In this document: one piece after another, positions 9,013 through 17,672 of the stretch
How positions within the stretch are numbered: the first letter of the stretch is position 1
How the letters are laid out: the number at the start of each line of letters is the position of its first letter
Assembly: GCA_049968255.1 (NCBI GenBank)
Contig: JBMFRB010000002.1
Span: 288,001 to 352,000, forward strand
Direction of reading: 5' to 3'
Length of the DNA stretch: 64,000 nt
Source of the DNA: Candidatus Sumerlaeaceae bacterium
Lineage (GTDB): Bacteria > Sumerlaeota > Sumerlaeia > Sumerlaeales > Sumerlaeaceae
The notes under the pieces: generated by a model
The model's input: the letters and a program-made list of their open reading frames with translations, nothing else
The model's database searches: none
What the model was told of the DNA's origin: nothing
Translations under genes and position numbers: made by a program

Positions 9013-10115
9013 TCTTTCGGAAAGTAGGTCAAGTTGCGATATCCGCTATGTTCGACCACAATTAAATCCTCGATCCTTACCCCACCAATGCCTGGCAGAT
9101 AAATGCCGGGTTCGATAGTAATTACCATTCCTGGCTCAAGGACATCAGTCGAATGTGGGTTTAGTGTAGGTGCTTCGTGGATTTCCAATCCCACGCCATG
9201 GCCAAGGCCGTGACCGAAAAACTCTCCATATCCGGCTTTTTCAATAACATCGCGCGCCCGTTGGTCAACTTCACTTGCGGCAATGCCCGGACGCACAGAG
9301 TCGAGCGCCGCTAGCTGCGCGTCGAGCACGATTTGATAAATCTCGGCGACCTTTTGAAGGTTTGCTCCAGTTCCATAGCCAAAGGTGCGGGTCATGTCGC
9401 TACAGTAGTGGTGTTGCCGCACGCCCATGTCGACAAGTACGACGCCAGCCTCAGTGGTGAGTTTTTTGTCGCCAGGCACGGCGTGGGGGCGGGAAGCAGC
9501 CTCGCCGAATGCGACAATGCTCGGAAATGCTTCTTCCACTTCCTTTTCCACCATATTTTTTCGTAGTTCTTTGAGAAGGCCACGCTCCGTGATGTCGTTG
9601 AAACTTACGCCTGCGAGAACGTTTGCCAGAACTTCCTCGTTGAGCTCTTGGGCTTTTTCGATAGCAGCAATCTCAAATTCGTCTTTTTGTGCTCGCAGGT
9701 CGCGGATGATACGAGCGCTTTCAATGAAAAGGGTTCCCTGAGGAGCTAGCTCGGTTAGCTTCTTAAAATGATCGTATGAGGCAGTGCCCTCAAAACCAAT
9801 GTGGAGTGGCCTGCTGGCGGAAAGAATTTGGGCGATTTCTTTCGTGGCTCCTGGCGAGGACGCGACAACGAGGTGCCAGGGCTGGGCGAGGTTCTGCTCT
9901 GCCGCTTCAGCGTAACGAAAGTCGGTGAGAAAAATACATTCCTCGTTGGTGATGATTAAGAAGGGATTACTACATGCGAATCCCGTGAAGTAGAACGCAT
10001 TGGGGAGCGTGGAGACAACAAAAGCGTGAAGTTCCTTTTCTTCCATCGCCGCGCGGAGGCGGTTCAGTCGCTGTGCGAGATTTGGCTGCGGAGGGTGTTC
10101 GGGTTTGTCCAACAT
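8991..10115 (-). CDS. Xaa-Pro aminopeptidase (M24B family)
   Basis: Creatinase-N domain plus the metal ligands in DMG, YCSDMTRT, HGLGHGVGLEIHE, TIEPG and GVRIED. Confidence 0.93.
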   Translation of the reverse strand: MLDKPEHPPQPNLAQRLNRLRAAMEEKELHAFVVSTLPNAFYFTGFACSNPFLIITNEECIFLTDFRYAEAAEQNLAQPWHLVVASSPGATKEIAQILSASRPLHIGFEGTASYDHFKKLTELAPQGTLFIESARIIRDLRAQKDEFEIAAIEKAQELNEEVLANVLAGVSFNDITERGLLKELRKNMVEKEVEEAFPSIVAFGEAASRPHAVPGDKKLTTEAGVVLVDMGVRQHHYCSDMTRTFGYGTGANLQKVAEIYQIVLDAQLAALDSVRPGIAASEVDQRARDVIEKAGYGEFFGHGLGHGVGLEIHEAPTLNPHSTDVLEPGMVITIEPGIYLPGIGGVRIEDLIVVEHSGYRNLTYFPKEWKILRK

Positions 10116-10292
10116 GGAAGCAAGTCTCGGATATCGACGGAGCGATGGTCAAGCAGAGGCGTCGCACCTGCCGTGCGCGGGCTAAAGAGAATCACAGATA
10201 ATTTATCTCCTCTTGCAATTACCAAAATCGGCTAACTTCGCAGCCTCTTGCTGCTGCTTATTAGACACGAACTCGGAGCCGACTGTGGGACA

Positions 10293-12263
10293 TCACCAAA
10301 CGTTGAGCTCTGAGATAGGCCCACTCACAAGTTCATGAAGGACTTTTGACTGCTGGTCCACGTTGCTATTGAAGAGTCCCTTTTTCAGACGAGAGTTGTA
10401 GTAGATATCTGGACTTCCCGTCCCGCCATAGCCCCCCTTCGTAACCAACGTGCCGTAGATCGTTGCATTGCCCGTTCTCGACATGTTACCTGTCACGTAG
10501 AGTAAGCCATCAAGGTAGCAATTCGCAACGAGGCGGCCCGTTGTGTTTCCTGTTGGGTCCGCTGCATATTCGTCTGGGTTTTTCATGAGGACAGTGGGGA
10601 ATGCTCCTCCACCGGAGGTGGACCAGTTCCCGTTGCAGTAAATCATTCCCTTCCAGAAGAACGCATCGCTAGAACCCAATGAGACATTGACCGGCGTCCC
10701 ATCTTTCGTTCCTTGGGGGGTATCGATAAAGAGAATACGATCGGGTAGAGAGGATGTATTGCCGTTCGACGGGACAAGTTTCTTCATAGAGATTTGCGCC
10801 AGGGAGGTGAAGAGCGTATTCCCCGTAGCAACGGTGGTCAGCATCCCCGTGGGCGTCACGTAAAGTGTTTGTCCTTTTTCGTTTACAAAACCGGACCCGC
10901 TTGTCTTGGGACGCACGTAACCATTGTTAGCAATGGCAAAGCTTTTCCAGAAATCGTAGTCGAGTGCGACGTCGAGTGTGTTGGACACTTCCAGGGCAAT
11001 CTGTGGCCAATTCTGGATAAGGGCACCGCTTCCCATGGGATAGAGTGTTTGGCCATCGGGTATTGGATCGAACAGAATTCCGCGCCCCGTATTGGGGAGG
11101 GCCCATTGGCCTGGTTGCGTCCAATTATAGTCCCCCGCAAGCTGTAACTTAGCTGGCACGAGAGGATTGCTCCCACTCTGAAACGCGCCATTGAGCACCT
11201 GGACAAAGAAATCGGTCACGGGTACGCCGTTTAGGCTATCAGGGAAAATGGGTCTTAGGTTGGACCCCACCTTGTTGTAAAGCTTATCAGCTGTCTGCCA
11301 TTTCACCCATTTTTCGTCGCCGACGCCTGCTCCTATGAACTTATTGGCCGCTGCGCTCAGCGTGTAGGGGTCGCCGGGCTTGCTCGGTAGCGTCAATGGG
11401 CTCAACCCTAGCAAGGTGATTGGACCTTTGGAAAGAATTGGCCCCCAGTGGATGTTAAGACTGCTGGTCCCTCCTGCAGTTACGATTGCGCCGGACATGA
11501 GCCCGGCGCTGGAGGCAAGCAAAGGTTGGTTAATTTGATCAACTCCTGGCACAATGAGAATTTTCTGTTGAACAATGCGTGTTTTCGATCGGGGCGGACC
11601 CAAAACTTGCCCTTCAGATTCAATAATGAGCGACACTTTGCGCAAGTCGTCCTTCGAATAGGGACCTGCTGGCGCTAGCCCGGAACTTCGATAGGGAGTC
11701 GTGATCCGAATGCGTGTCACATAAGCACGAGCCCCGTCGCCGCCACTCATAAAGAGTTTCTCTGACGGATTGCTAAACGTGTCATTTCGGAAGTGAACGA
11801 CTTTCCCGTCCGGCCCTGTGAACTCATACAGGACCTGTCGCCCGTCGGGCAGCACTTGACCACTGCCGAAAGAGCTATCGAACGCGGTGAAGTAAGAGAC
11901 AATCTGGTTGACCGTGATGCTATCGAGAAGCGAAACGTTGTCTCGATTAGCGCGCACGTAATTGCTCAATGCAATGGCGCCCGAGGTAATCTTTTCGAGC
12001 TTCTCCCCTATCGACGTGCCAACTTGCTGTTTAGCAATATTGGGGTTCATTAGCCACGTCTTCGTGGCCGCGAGGCCGGACATTGCAGCGTGATAGGCTT
12101 CCTCATAAAGCATTTTGTTCAGCGTGGAGCGAGACAAGTCTCGCACGTGAAGCACCATCACGCCCACCACGAAAAACATCACTCCCACAAGAATGAGGGT
12201 GACGACAAGCGCGGAACCGCGCTCACAAAGTCGCAGGACCCGATGTTGTAATGTCGTTCGCAT
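10293..12263 (-). CDS. Large PilX/GspK-like minor pilin
   Basis: Class III-like N-terminus ERG|SALVVTLIL lacking Glu5, A..AAMSGL helix, IESEG motif, and a Gly-rich C-terminal region. Confidence 0.75.
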   Translation of the reverse strand: MRTTLQHRVLRLCERGSALVVTLILVGVMFFVVGVMVLHVRDLSRSTLNKMLYEEAYHAAMSGLAATKTWLMNPNIAKQQVGTSIGEKLEKITSGAIALSNYVRANRDNVSLLDSITVNQIVSYFTAFDSSFGSGQVLPDGRQVLYEFTGPDGKVVHFRNDTFSNPSEKLFMSGGDGARAYVTRIRITTPYRSSGLAPAGPYSKDDLRKVSLIIESEGQVLGPPRSKTRIVQQKILIVPGVDQINQPLLASSAGLMSGAIVTAGGTSSLNIHWGPILSKGPITLLGLSPLTLPSKPGDPYTLSAAANKFIGAGVGDEKWVKWQTADKLYNKVGSNLRPIFPDSLNGVPVTDFFVQVLNGAFQSGSNPLVPAKLQLAGDYNWTQPGQWALPNTGRGILFDPIPDGQTLYPMGSGALIQNWPQIALEVSNTLDVALDYDFWKSFAIANNGYVRPKTSGSGFVNEKGQTLYVTPTGMLTTVATGNTLFTSLAQISMKKLVPSNGNTSSLPDRILFIDTPQGTKDGTPVNVSLGSSDAFFWKGMIYCNGNWSTSGGGAFPTVLMKNPDEYAADPTGNTTGRLVANCYLDGLLYVTGNMSRTGNATIYGTLVTKGGYGGTGSPDIYYNSRLKKGLFNSNVDQQSKVLHELVSGPISELNVW

Positions 12264-12858
12264 AATTCATGTCTCCCTTGTCTGGGAAGTGGTTCTTAGC
12301 AATGACATCCGTGACAAACTGGCCAAATTGTGGATTCCCCGGATCGTCCAAAATACGAGAAAAACCGCGATAGGTGAAACCAGCAACAAGCGTCAAACGG
12401 TACATAGTTTGGTATTGTATAGCGAAATTTTCCAGATGCTCAAACTTGAAGGTTGGTTTGCCCACTGGATCACCGTCTGCGTCCCAGGTGACCGCATTCA
12501 TATTGTCGTACCAGTGGAGCTCCTTCTTTTTCGAGTGGTAAGCTAGGACACCAGTTGTCACTTCGGTCCCTGAAATCGGCATCGCGACGAGGATCCGCTT
12601 GTACTCCGCAGCTTCGGGCGAGTCCGTAGGAAAGATCGAGTAATATGCTGCCCTGCGTAGCAGGTTTGCTGTCACTTCCGTAGCATTGGATGTGTTAATC
12701 TGACTCAAGACCTGCTCATGGACTCCAACGAAATTGCGGCTTGCGTAATAAGTAAGATAGGCAAGAAAGCTGAAAATAAAGCTGAGGACTGCTATTGCGG
12801 TGACCATTTCCACCAACGTGAAGGCGTGCTTGCCGACCGATGTTAGCCTCTTGTTCAT
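12223..12858 (-). CDS. Prepilin-type N-methylation protein (PilW/GspJ-like minor pilin)
   Basis: KHA|FTLVEMV prepilin cleavage motif with Glu5 and a hydrophobic helix; overlaps both neighbours. Confidence 0.85.
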   Translation of the reverse strand: MNKRLTSVGKHAFTLVEMVTAIAVLSFIFSFLAYLTYYASRNFVGVHEQVLSQINTSNATEVTANLLRRAAYYSIFPTDSPEAAEYKRILVAMPISGTEVTTGVLAYHSKKKELHWYDNMNAVTWDADGDPVGKPTFKFEHLENFAIQYQTMYRLTLVAGFTYRGFSRILDDPGNPQFGQFVTDVIAKNHFPDKGDMNYANDITTSGPATL

Positions 12859-13295
12859 GTTGTGCCGGCCCTTACAAGCGTTGACATGCTTACAGTTTGA
12901 GTTCGAGATGCACTACCAGCTGGAACCCACGTGACAGTGACGCGGCATAGCGACAGGCGGCCCTGCAGTGGGGCGGGGGTGGGATTATCCCAGTTCACTG
13001 TGCCGTCATCATTCACGGGATAAAAATTGACTTCCACATTAGCCAGGATTTCTAATCCCGGTGCGTTGAAAGGTACCAGCGTTTTCACGCCCGCATCAAT
13101 TGATGCATTAGTGTGAACAGCCTCCATTGTCTGGCGAGCATAGTTAAGGGCAGCGAGTCGCTGCTTGTCGAGTTCCATCGCCTGGCGGCTGTAAATGATA
13201 CCACCCACAACCGCAAGCCCCACGATCAGTGTGAGGAGCATCGAGAGGATGACTTCGATCAGCGAAAAACCTTTGTTTCGCTGTTTTCCAATCAT
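12855..13295 (-). CDS. Prepilin-type N-methylation protein (PilV/GspI-like minor pilin)
   Basis: NKG|FSLIEVI motif, A...ME helix and the C-terminal VTVTW strand. Start taken at ATG 13295. Confidence 0.87.
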   Translation of the reverse strand: MIGKQRNKGFSLIEVILSMLLTLIVGLAVVGGIIYSRQAMELDKQRLAALNYARQTMEAVHTNASIDAGVKTLVPFNAPGLEILANVEVNFYPVNDDGTVNWDNPTPAPLQGRLSLCRVTVTWVPAGSASRTQTVSMSTLVRAGTT

Positions 13296-13525
13296 GGCTT
13301 TATCACCCGCTATCACTTTCGTTGTCATAGCGCTGCAAGATTTGTACCGCAGATTTTGCATAGCAATCAAGGATAAAACTCGTCCTACTAAAGCCCGTTT
13401 TTGGAATGACCAGCGGCATACACCGCTTCCATTTTCGGTGAAACGGTTTAGGTAGGAGCCTTCGTTTTATAGAAATGAGGAAGTGGTTGCGCACAATTTT
13501 TGTGCGATAGTGTGTAATTTGCGTC

Positions 13526-13864
13526 TCAGTCGGTGATGCGCCTTTTGAGGTCAGGTAGTGTTGATTGATCGCCAGCTACCATGTAGCGGGCCTCTTTATC
13601 GGTACGGGTCACATTTTCATAGACTCCCGCATCGCGACGCACGAGTTTGGTAAACCCGAGTTCTTTGAGCTTAGAATCTCCGATGGGGGTGCAGATGCCT
13701 GGAGCAAAAAGGAGCTTTTCGACAGCAGTGTCCGGCAGCGTATCGCCCAGATCCAAACCGGCGAGTGCGCAGAGTTTCCCCCAGGTGTCGATGCGTTCAC
13801 TCATCGAGTGAAAGACCGTAACCGTTTTCCCGTTGGCTCGGCAGAGGTACTCGTAGACAGGCAT
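13526..13864 (-). CDS. FmdB-family zinc-ribbon-like protein
   Basis: MPVYEYLC N-terminus; the cysteine set is incomplete. Confidence 0.75.
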   Translation of the reverse strand: MPVYEYLCRANGKTVTVFHSMSERIDTWGKLCALAGLDLGDTLPDTAVEKLLFAPGICTPIGDSKLKELGFTKLVRRDAGVYENVTRTDKEARYMVAGDQSTLPDLKRRITD

Positions 13865-13891
13865 CGTTCGCTCACTCCGATGGCAACGTAC

Positions 13892-14518
13892 TTAACTTAT
13901 TAGCGCATCTTCGCCAGTAATCTTCACCCGCTGGTTTCGTGAAGCGTGACGCTGGGCTTCGATAATTCGCCTTATGATCGTCACGGTGTGATCGAGGTCG
14001 TCGTTGATCACAACGAAATCATACTTTTCAGCAAAGTTGATTTCGTGCCGCGCGTTACGTAAACGCTTTTGTATGACCGGCTCGCTGTCTGTGCCTCGGG
14101 CTCGAAGACGTGCTTCGAGTACCTTCAGCGACGGCGGGAGGACGTAGATGAGCACCGAGCGATCGCAGAGTTTTTTTATAGTCAAACCTCCGACGACGTC
14201 GAGATCCATTACGACATCTCGCCCGCGCGCGAGTTTTTCTTCCACGAGGTCGCGGCGTGTGCCGTAGTAGTTGTCATGTACTCGTGCCCACTCGTAAAAG
14301 GCATTCTGCTCGATGAGGCGAAGAAATTCTTCCTCACTCACGAACCAGTAATCGCGACCATCTACCTCTCCGGGGCGCGGGGGGCGGCTAGTCACCGAGA
14401 CTGAGTAGTCGAGATTGGGATCGGCTGCCAGTAGGGCGCGACAAACCGAGCTCTTTCCACCTCCACTCGGCGAGGAGAGAACGATGAGCATCGGAAGGGA
14501 TTCTAATTCAATAGCCAT
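13892..14518 (-). CDS. gmk: Guanylate kinase
   Basis: SSPSGGGKS P-loop, TSRPPRPGEVDGRDY and YYGT motifs. Confidence 0.96.
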   Translation of the reverse strand: MAIELESLPMLIVLSSPSGGGKSSVCRALLAADPNLDYSVSVTSRPPRPGEVDGRDYWFVSEEEFLRLIEQNAFYEWARVHDNYYGTRRDLVEEKLARGRDVVMDLDVVGGLTIKKLCDRSVLIYVLPPSLKVLEARLRARGTDSEPVIQKRLRNARHEINFAEKYDFVVINDDLDHTVTIIRRIIEAQRHASRNQRVKITGEDALIS

Positions 14519-14560
14519 GGTGAATGTGATTTTCGGCAGGTATGGCCAAAAAGCGTCAAG

Positions 14561-15043
14561 CTACTTCTTGGGCACCTCTGTTTGCGAAAGGGAATGAGGA
14601 TAAGTCGGAGTGGCAAAGAGCGGCACAGTGATTTTCCAGATCATGACTCCCACCAGGATGGCAATGCAATCCGTGATCCAGTCGGCCACTGAGCAAGAAC
14701 GCTCGGGGACAAAAAGTTGATGAAATTCATCGGAAAGGCCGTACGCCGCACCGATGAGGAATGCTCTCATTAATTCTCGCAACGACACGGCGGGCAGTGG
14801 CTTTGTTACTGCCCGCGCGAGCCAGAAACCGAAGGGGGTGTACAGCGACGCATGAACAATCTTATCGGCAAAAGGAATGGTAACCTGGGGATATGCTGAA
14901 CCTGGCAGAGCAGAAAGGATAAAAATAAAAGTCCCCCACAGGAAGGGGGCAACGAATCGCTCTGTGGTCTTTTGAGGCAATACAACAAAAAAACGAGAGA
15001 TGAGGCGCACTCCTGGAATTGACAACAAAGATCTCGTCTGCAT
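14561..15043 (-). CDS. VanZ-family membrane protein
   Basis: DKIVH...Y and YGLSDEFHQLFVPERS..D...D motifs. Start uncertain. Confidence 0.88.
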   Translation of the reverse strand: MQTRSLLSIPGVRLISRFFVVLPQKTTERFVAPFLWGTFIFILSALPGSAYPQVTIPFADKIVHASLYTPFGFWLARAVTKPLPAVSLRELMRAFLIGAAYGLSDEFHQLFVPERSCSVADWITDCIAILVGVMIWKITVPLFATPTYPHSLSQTEVPKK

Positions 15044-15060
15044 CCTCTACGTCGGAACTT

Positions 15061-15369
15061 TCAACCTAGGACAGTCTCTTTTGCTTTCTCGTAAATAAGC
15101 TTACCGCCGACTTCGACGCTGTCTACAATGCAAATGATTGCTGCGTCCACAGGCTTGTTGCGGGTTTGTTCGGTGAGCCGTGCGCTGCTCCCTTGAACCA
15201 CGATTACAACGTCGCCTATGCCCGCCCCGATAGCGTCGCACGCGATCACATAGCTTGATGAAAGTTTCATGTCGAGTTGCAGATTCTGGACTACCAGCAG
15301 TTTAAAACCTGTCATTCCCTCATCTTTGTGTGTGGATACGACAGTGCCGACGACTCTTCCCATGAGCAT
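15061..15369 (-). CDS. EutN/CcmL-family bacterial microcompartment vertex (BMC-P) protein
   Basis: GRVVGTVVST, KLLVV, DAIGAGIGD, GSSAR and DAAIICIVD motifs; GAGGAG RBS upstream. Confidence 0.94.
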   Translation of the reverse strand: MLMGRVVGTVVSTHKDEGMTGFKLLVVQNLQLDMKLSSSYVIACDAIGAGIGDVVIVVQGSSARLTEQTRNKPVDAAIICIVDSVEVGGKLIYEKAKETVLG

Positions 15370-15608
15370 GGCTAAAAGGTCTCCTCATCTGGCTGGGCTA
15401 ACTTTGTGGATAACCTGTGAATTATTGTGAACAGAATCGCGTGCGGACGCAAGAGGACAGCATGTTGCATAACAGAAAACGCTTTGTATGATAAAACATT
15501 GAAAATGGAAATGTTATGCAATTTTGCGGACACAGATCATTTACCCTTGACACCACGAGTTTGCAGCAAATTACGGGCTCTGCAAGGCCTAAGGGCAGCT
15601 GTGGAAAA
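15331..15608. promoter_or_regulatory. Cluster of co-oriented DnaA-box-like 9-mers with an AT-rich inverted-repeat core
   Basis: TGTGGATAA at 15405 (perfect), TGTGAATTA at 15416, TGTGAACAG at 15426, TGTGGAAAA at 15600 and TGTGGATAC at 15331; perfect 10-bp inverted repeat at 15465-15474 / 15512-15521. Confidence 0.5.
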
Positions 15609-15697
15609 ATCTTCCAACAAAGCCCGTTTTTGCTCAAGTTTCAGATGTGTCCCCATGCTCCACTGGGGCAGGACGACTCCAGAATGCGGGCGCACAA

Positions 15698-16681
15698 TCA
15701 TTTCTTTGGCTCCGCAAGCTTCCAAAGTTGATCGGCTACTTGTTCGAGCTCGGTGCGAATCGCGATCGCCTTTAGCCAACGTTCGGGGATGGCCTGTTCG
15801 CCGAAACGCGCCCCAAGAAAAGTCCCCGCAATTGCTCCAAATGTCGCCGCATCTCCGCCGAGATTCACGGCTCTCACGAGACCTTCTTCGAAATCGATGG
15901 CATTAAGAACGATCCAGTAAGCTGCCTGAGTGAGCGGGATGGCGTCGCCCTGCGTGTCGAGTTCGTCATATTGCAACTTGTTCACGGCTTTGAGTGCCTT
16001 GACCATATCGGTTTCGGGCACTTTCGTTCCGACCATTTGGCGATAATCTTTTGATTCACGCGCTTCCGTAACAAAACGCCACGTTTTGAACAGTAGCTTC
16101 GAGGGATCTTTGCCCGAGGTGAGGTATGACACTCCGAAATTGAACGCAAGGCAGGCATCAATGCAGCGCTGATCGTAGTGGGTGATTCGGCAAAGATTGA
16201 TCGTGTCTATAATCAATTCTTTCGGCGTGAGGCGGCGCAACATTCCGACGGGTGCGACGCGCACCAAGGGCCCGCCCCCAGCAGCATGTTCGGGTATTTC
16301 TTCGGCCACCTTCTGGGCCACTGTGAACAGATCCTTCGCGCGTGGTTTCAGACGGGTGAGCACGGCCTGCGTGATTGGGCCCGCTCCTTGTTTAGCTGTG
16401 GGATGATTTGCGAGAGTGTCGGCCAACGTCTTTGCGACTGCGCGCCAGTCGATTTCCTCCGGCATTTCGAGAAGTGCCTTTGCCACAGCGAGTGCCAATG
16501 CGGTGTCGACGCCGACCTCCCCAGGACGCACGTTGAGGCGTCCCCCCCCGACAACCTCGCGGTGGACTCCGTATTTCGAATAGACCTCTTGGCGCGACAA
16601 ATCATCAACGGTGGCGCCAAGCGCATCCCCGACAGCTGCTCCAACGAGAGCTCCGCGATAGTAGTCCTGAATCGGATCCAT
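15698..16681 (-). CDS. ADP-ribosylglycohydrolase (DraG/ARH) family protein with degenerate metal motifs
   Basis: GALVGAAVGDALGA, ITH, VNLGGD...GAIAG and GARFGEQAIPERW fold motifs. Confidence 0.88.
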   Translation of the reverse strand: MDPIQDYYRGALVGAAVGDALGATVDDLSRQEVYSKYGVHREVVGGGRLNVRPGEVGVDTALALAVAKALLEMPEEIDWRAVAKTLADTLANHPTAKQGAGPITQAVLTRLKPRAKDLFTVAQKVAEEIPEHAAGGGPLVRVAPVGMLRRLTPKELIIDTINLCRITHYDQRCIDACLAFNFGVSYLTSGKDPSKLLFKTWRFVTEARESKDYRQMVGTKVPETDMVKALKAVNKLQYDELDTQGDAIPLTQAAYWIVLNAIDFEEGLVRAVNLGGDAATFGAIAGTFLGARFGEQAIPERWLKAIAIRTELEQVADQLWKLAEPKK

Positions 16682-16751
16682 CTTTTCTACCTTCCACTAG
16701 TGAGCTTTTGCTTATTTTATTAATTTTGAATTTGTTTGCATGCCTTGAACG

Positions 16752-17579
16752 TTAGTATGTGTGCTCGATATCGGGAAACTTTCTCGTACGCACTTCACTG
16801 GCATATTGTTGCACCGCGTTGGTCATTTCTGCCAGCACGTTGGCATAGCATTTAGCAAATTTAGGCGGCCGACCTGCCGTCAGCCCGACAATGTCGCTTA
16901 TCACAAGGACCTGGCCGTCGCACTCAGCGCCCGAACCAATCCCTATGGTGGGAATGTTCAGCTCGTGCGTGATCTGATTAGCAACGGATGGCACAACAGC
17001 TTCGAGGACAATGGCGAAAACACCGGCTTTTTCTAAGAGCTTTGCTTCTTCGAGAAGGAGCGCTGCATCTTCTGGGGTCTTGCCTCGGACCCGATATCCC
17101 CCGAATCTGTGGACAGACTGGGGCAACAGACCGATATGACCGAGCACAGGTATGCCAGCAGCAAGGATTCGCTCGATTGCGGGCAAACTCTCGCGGCACC
17201 CTTCGAGTTTCACTGCTTCAGCTCCGGCCTCTTGAACAAACCGTCCCGCATTGCGCACAGCCTCTGCCGGTGAGGACTGATAGCTGAGGAAAGGCATATC
17301 GGCGATAAGGAACGCGTTTTTTACTCCACGCTGCACGGCGGCAGTGTGATGGAGCATCATTTCCATCGTGACAGGTAGGGTGGTTTCAAAGCCCAGGGCG
17401 ACCATTCCGAGCGAGTCACCGACCAGCACAGCATCGACATCGGCTGCTTCTGCAGCAAGAGCGGTCGGATAATCATGGGCAGTCACCATCACAATGCGCC
17501 GCCCTTGCTCTTTGAATTTGCGGAAATGATAAACTCGCCGTTTGAAGCCTTCCGGAGGTTGTTGGCCGTCGGTTGTCAT
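16752..17579 (-). CDS. panB: 3-methyl-2-oxobutanoate hydroxymethyltransferase
   Basis: LVGDSLGMV, ADMPFLSY, AVKLEG, GHIGLLPQ and CDGQVLV motifs. Confidence 0.97.
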   Translation of the reverse strand: MTTDGQQPPEGFKRRVYHFRKFKEQGRRIVMVTAHDYPTALAAEAADVDAVLVGDSLGMVALGFETTLPVTMEMMLHHTAAVQRGVKNAFLIADMPFLSYQSSPAEAVRNAGRFVQEAGAEAVKLEGCRESLPAIERILAAGIPVLGHIGLLPQSVHRFGGYRVRGKTPEDAALLLEEAKLLEKAGVFAIVLEAVVPSVANQITHELNIPTIGIGSGAECDGQVLVISDIVGLTAGRPPKFAKCYANVLAEMTNAVQQYASEVRTRKFPDIEHTY

Positions 17580-17672
17580 CGTAATTTTGTAAGCACATTG
17601 AATAGCCCCATGTCAACAACATGCGGGCGCAATGTGGTCGCAAACTGCATTACAACACTTTGCTGCAAAATA

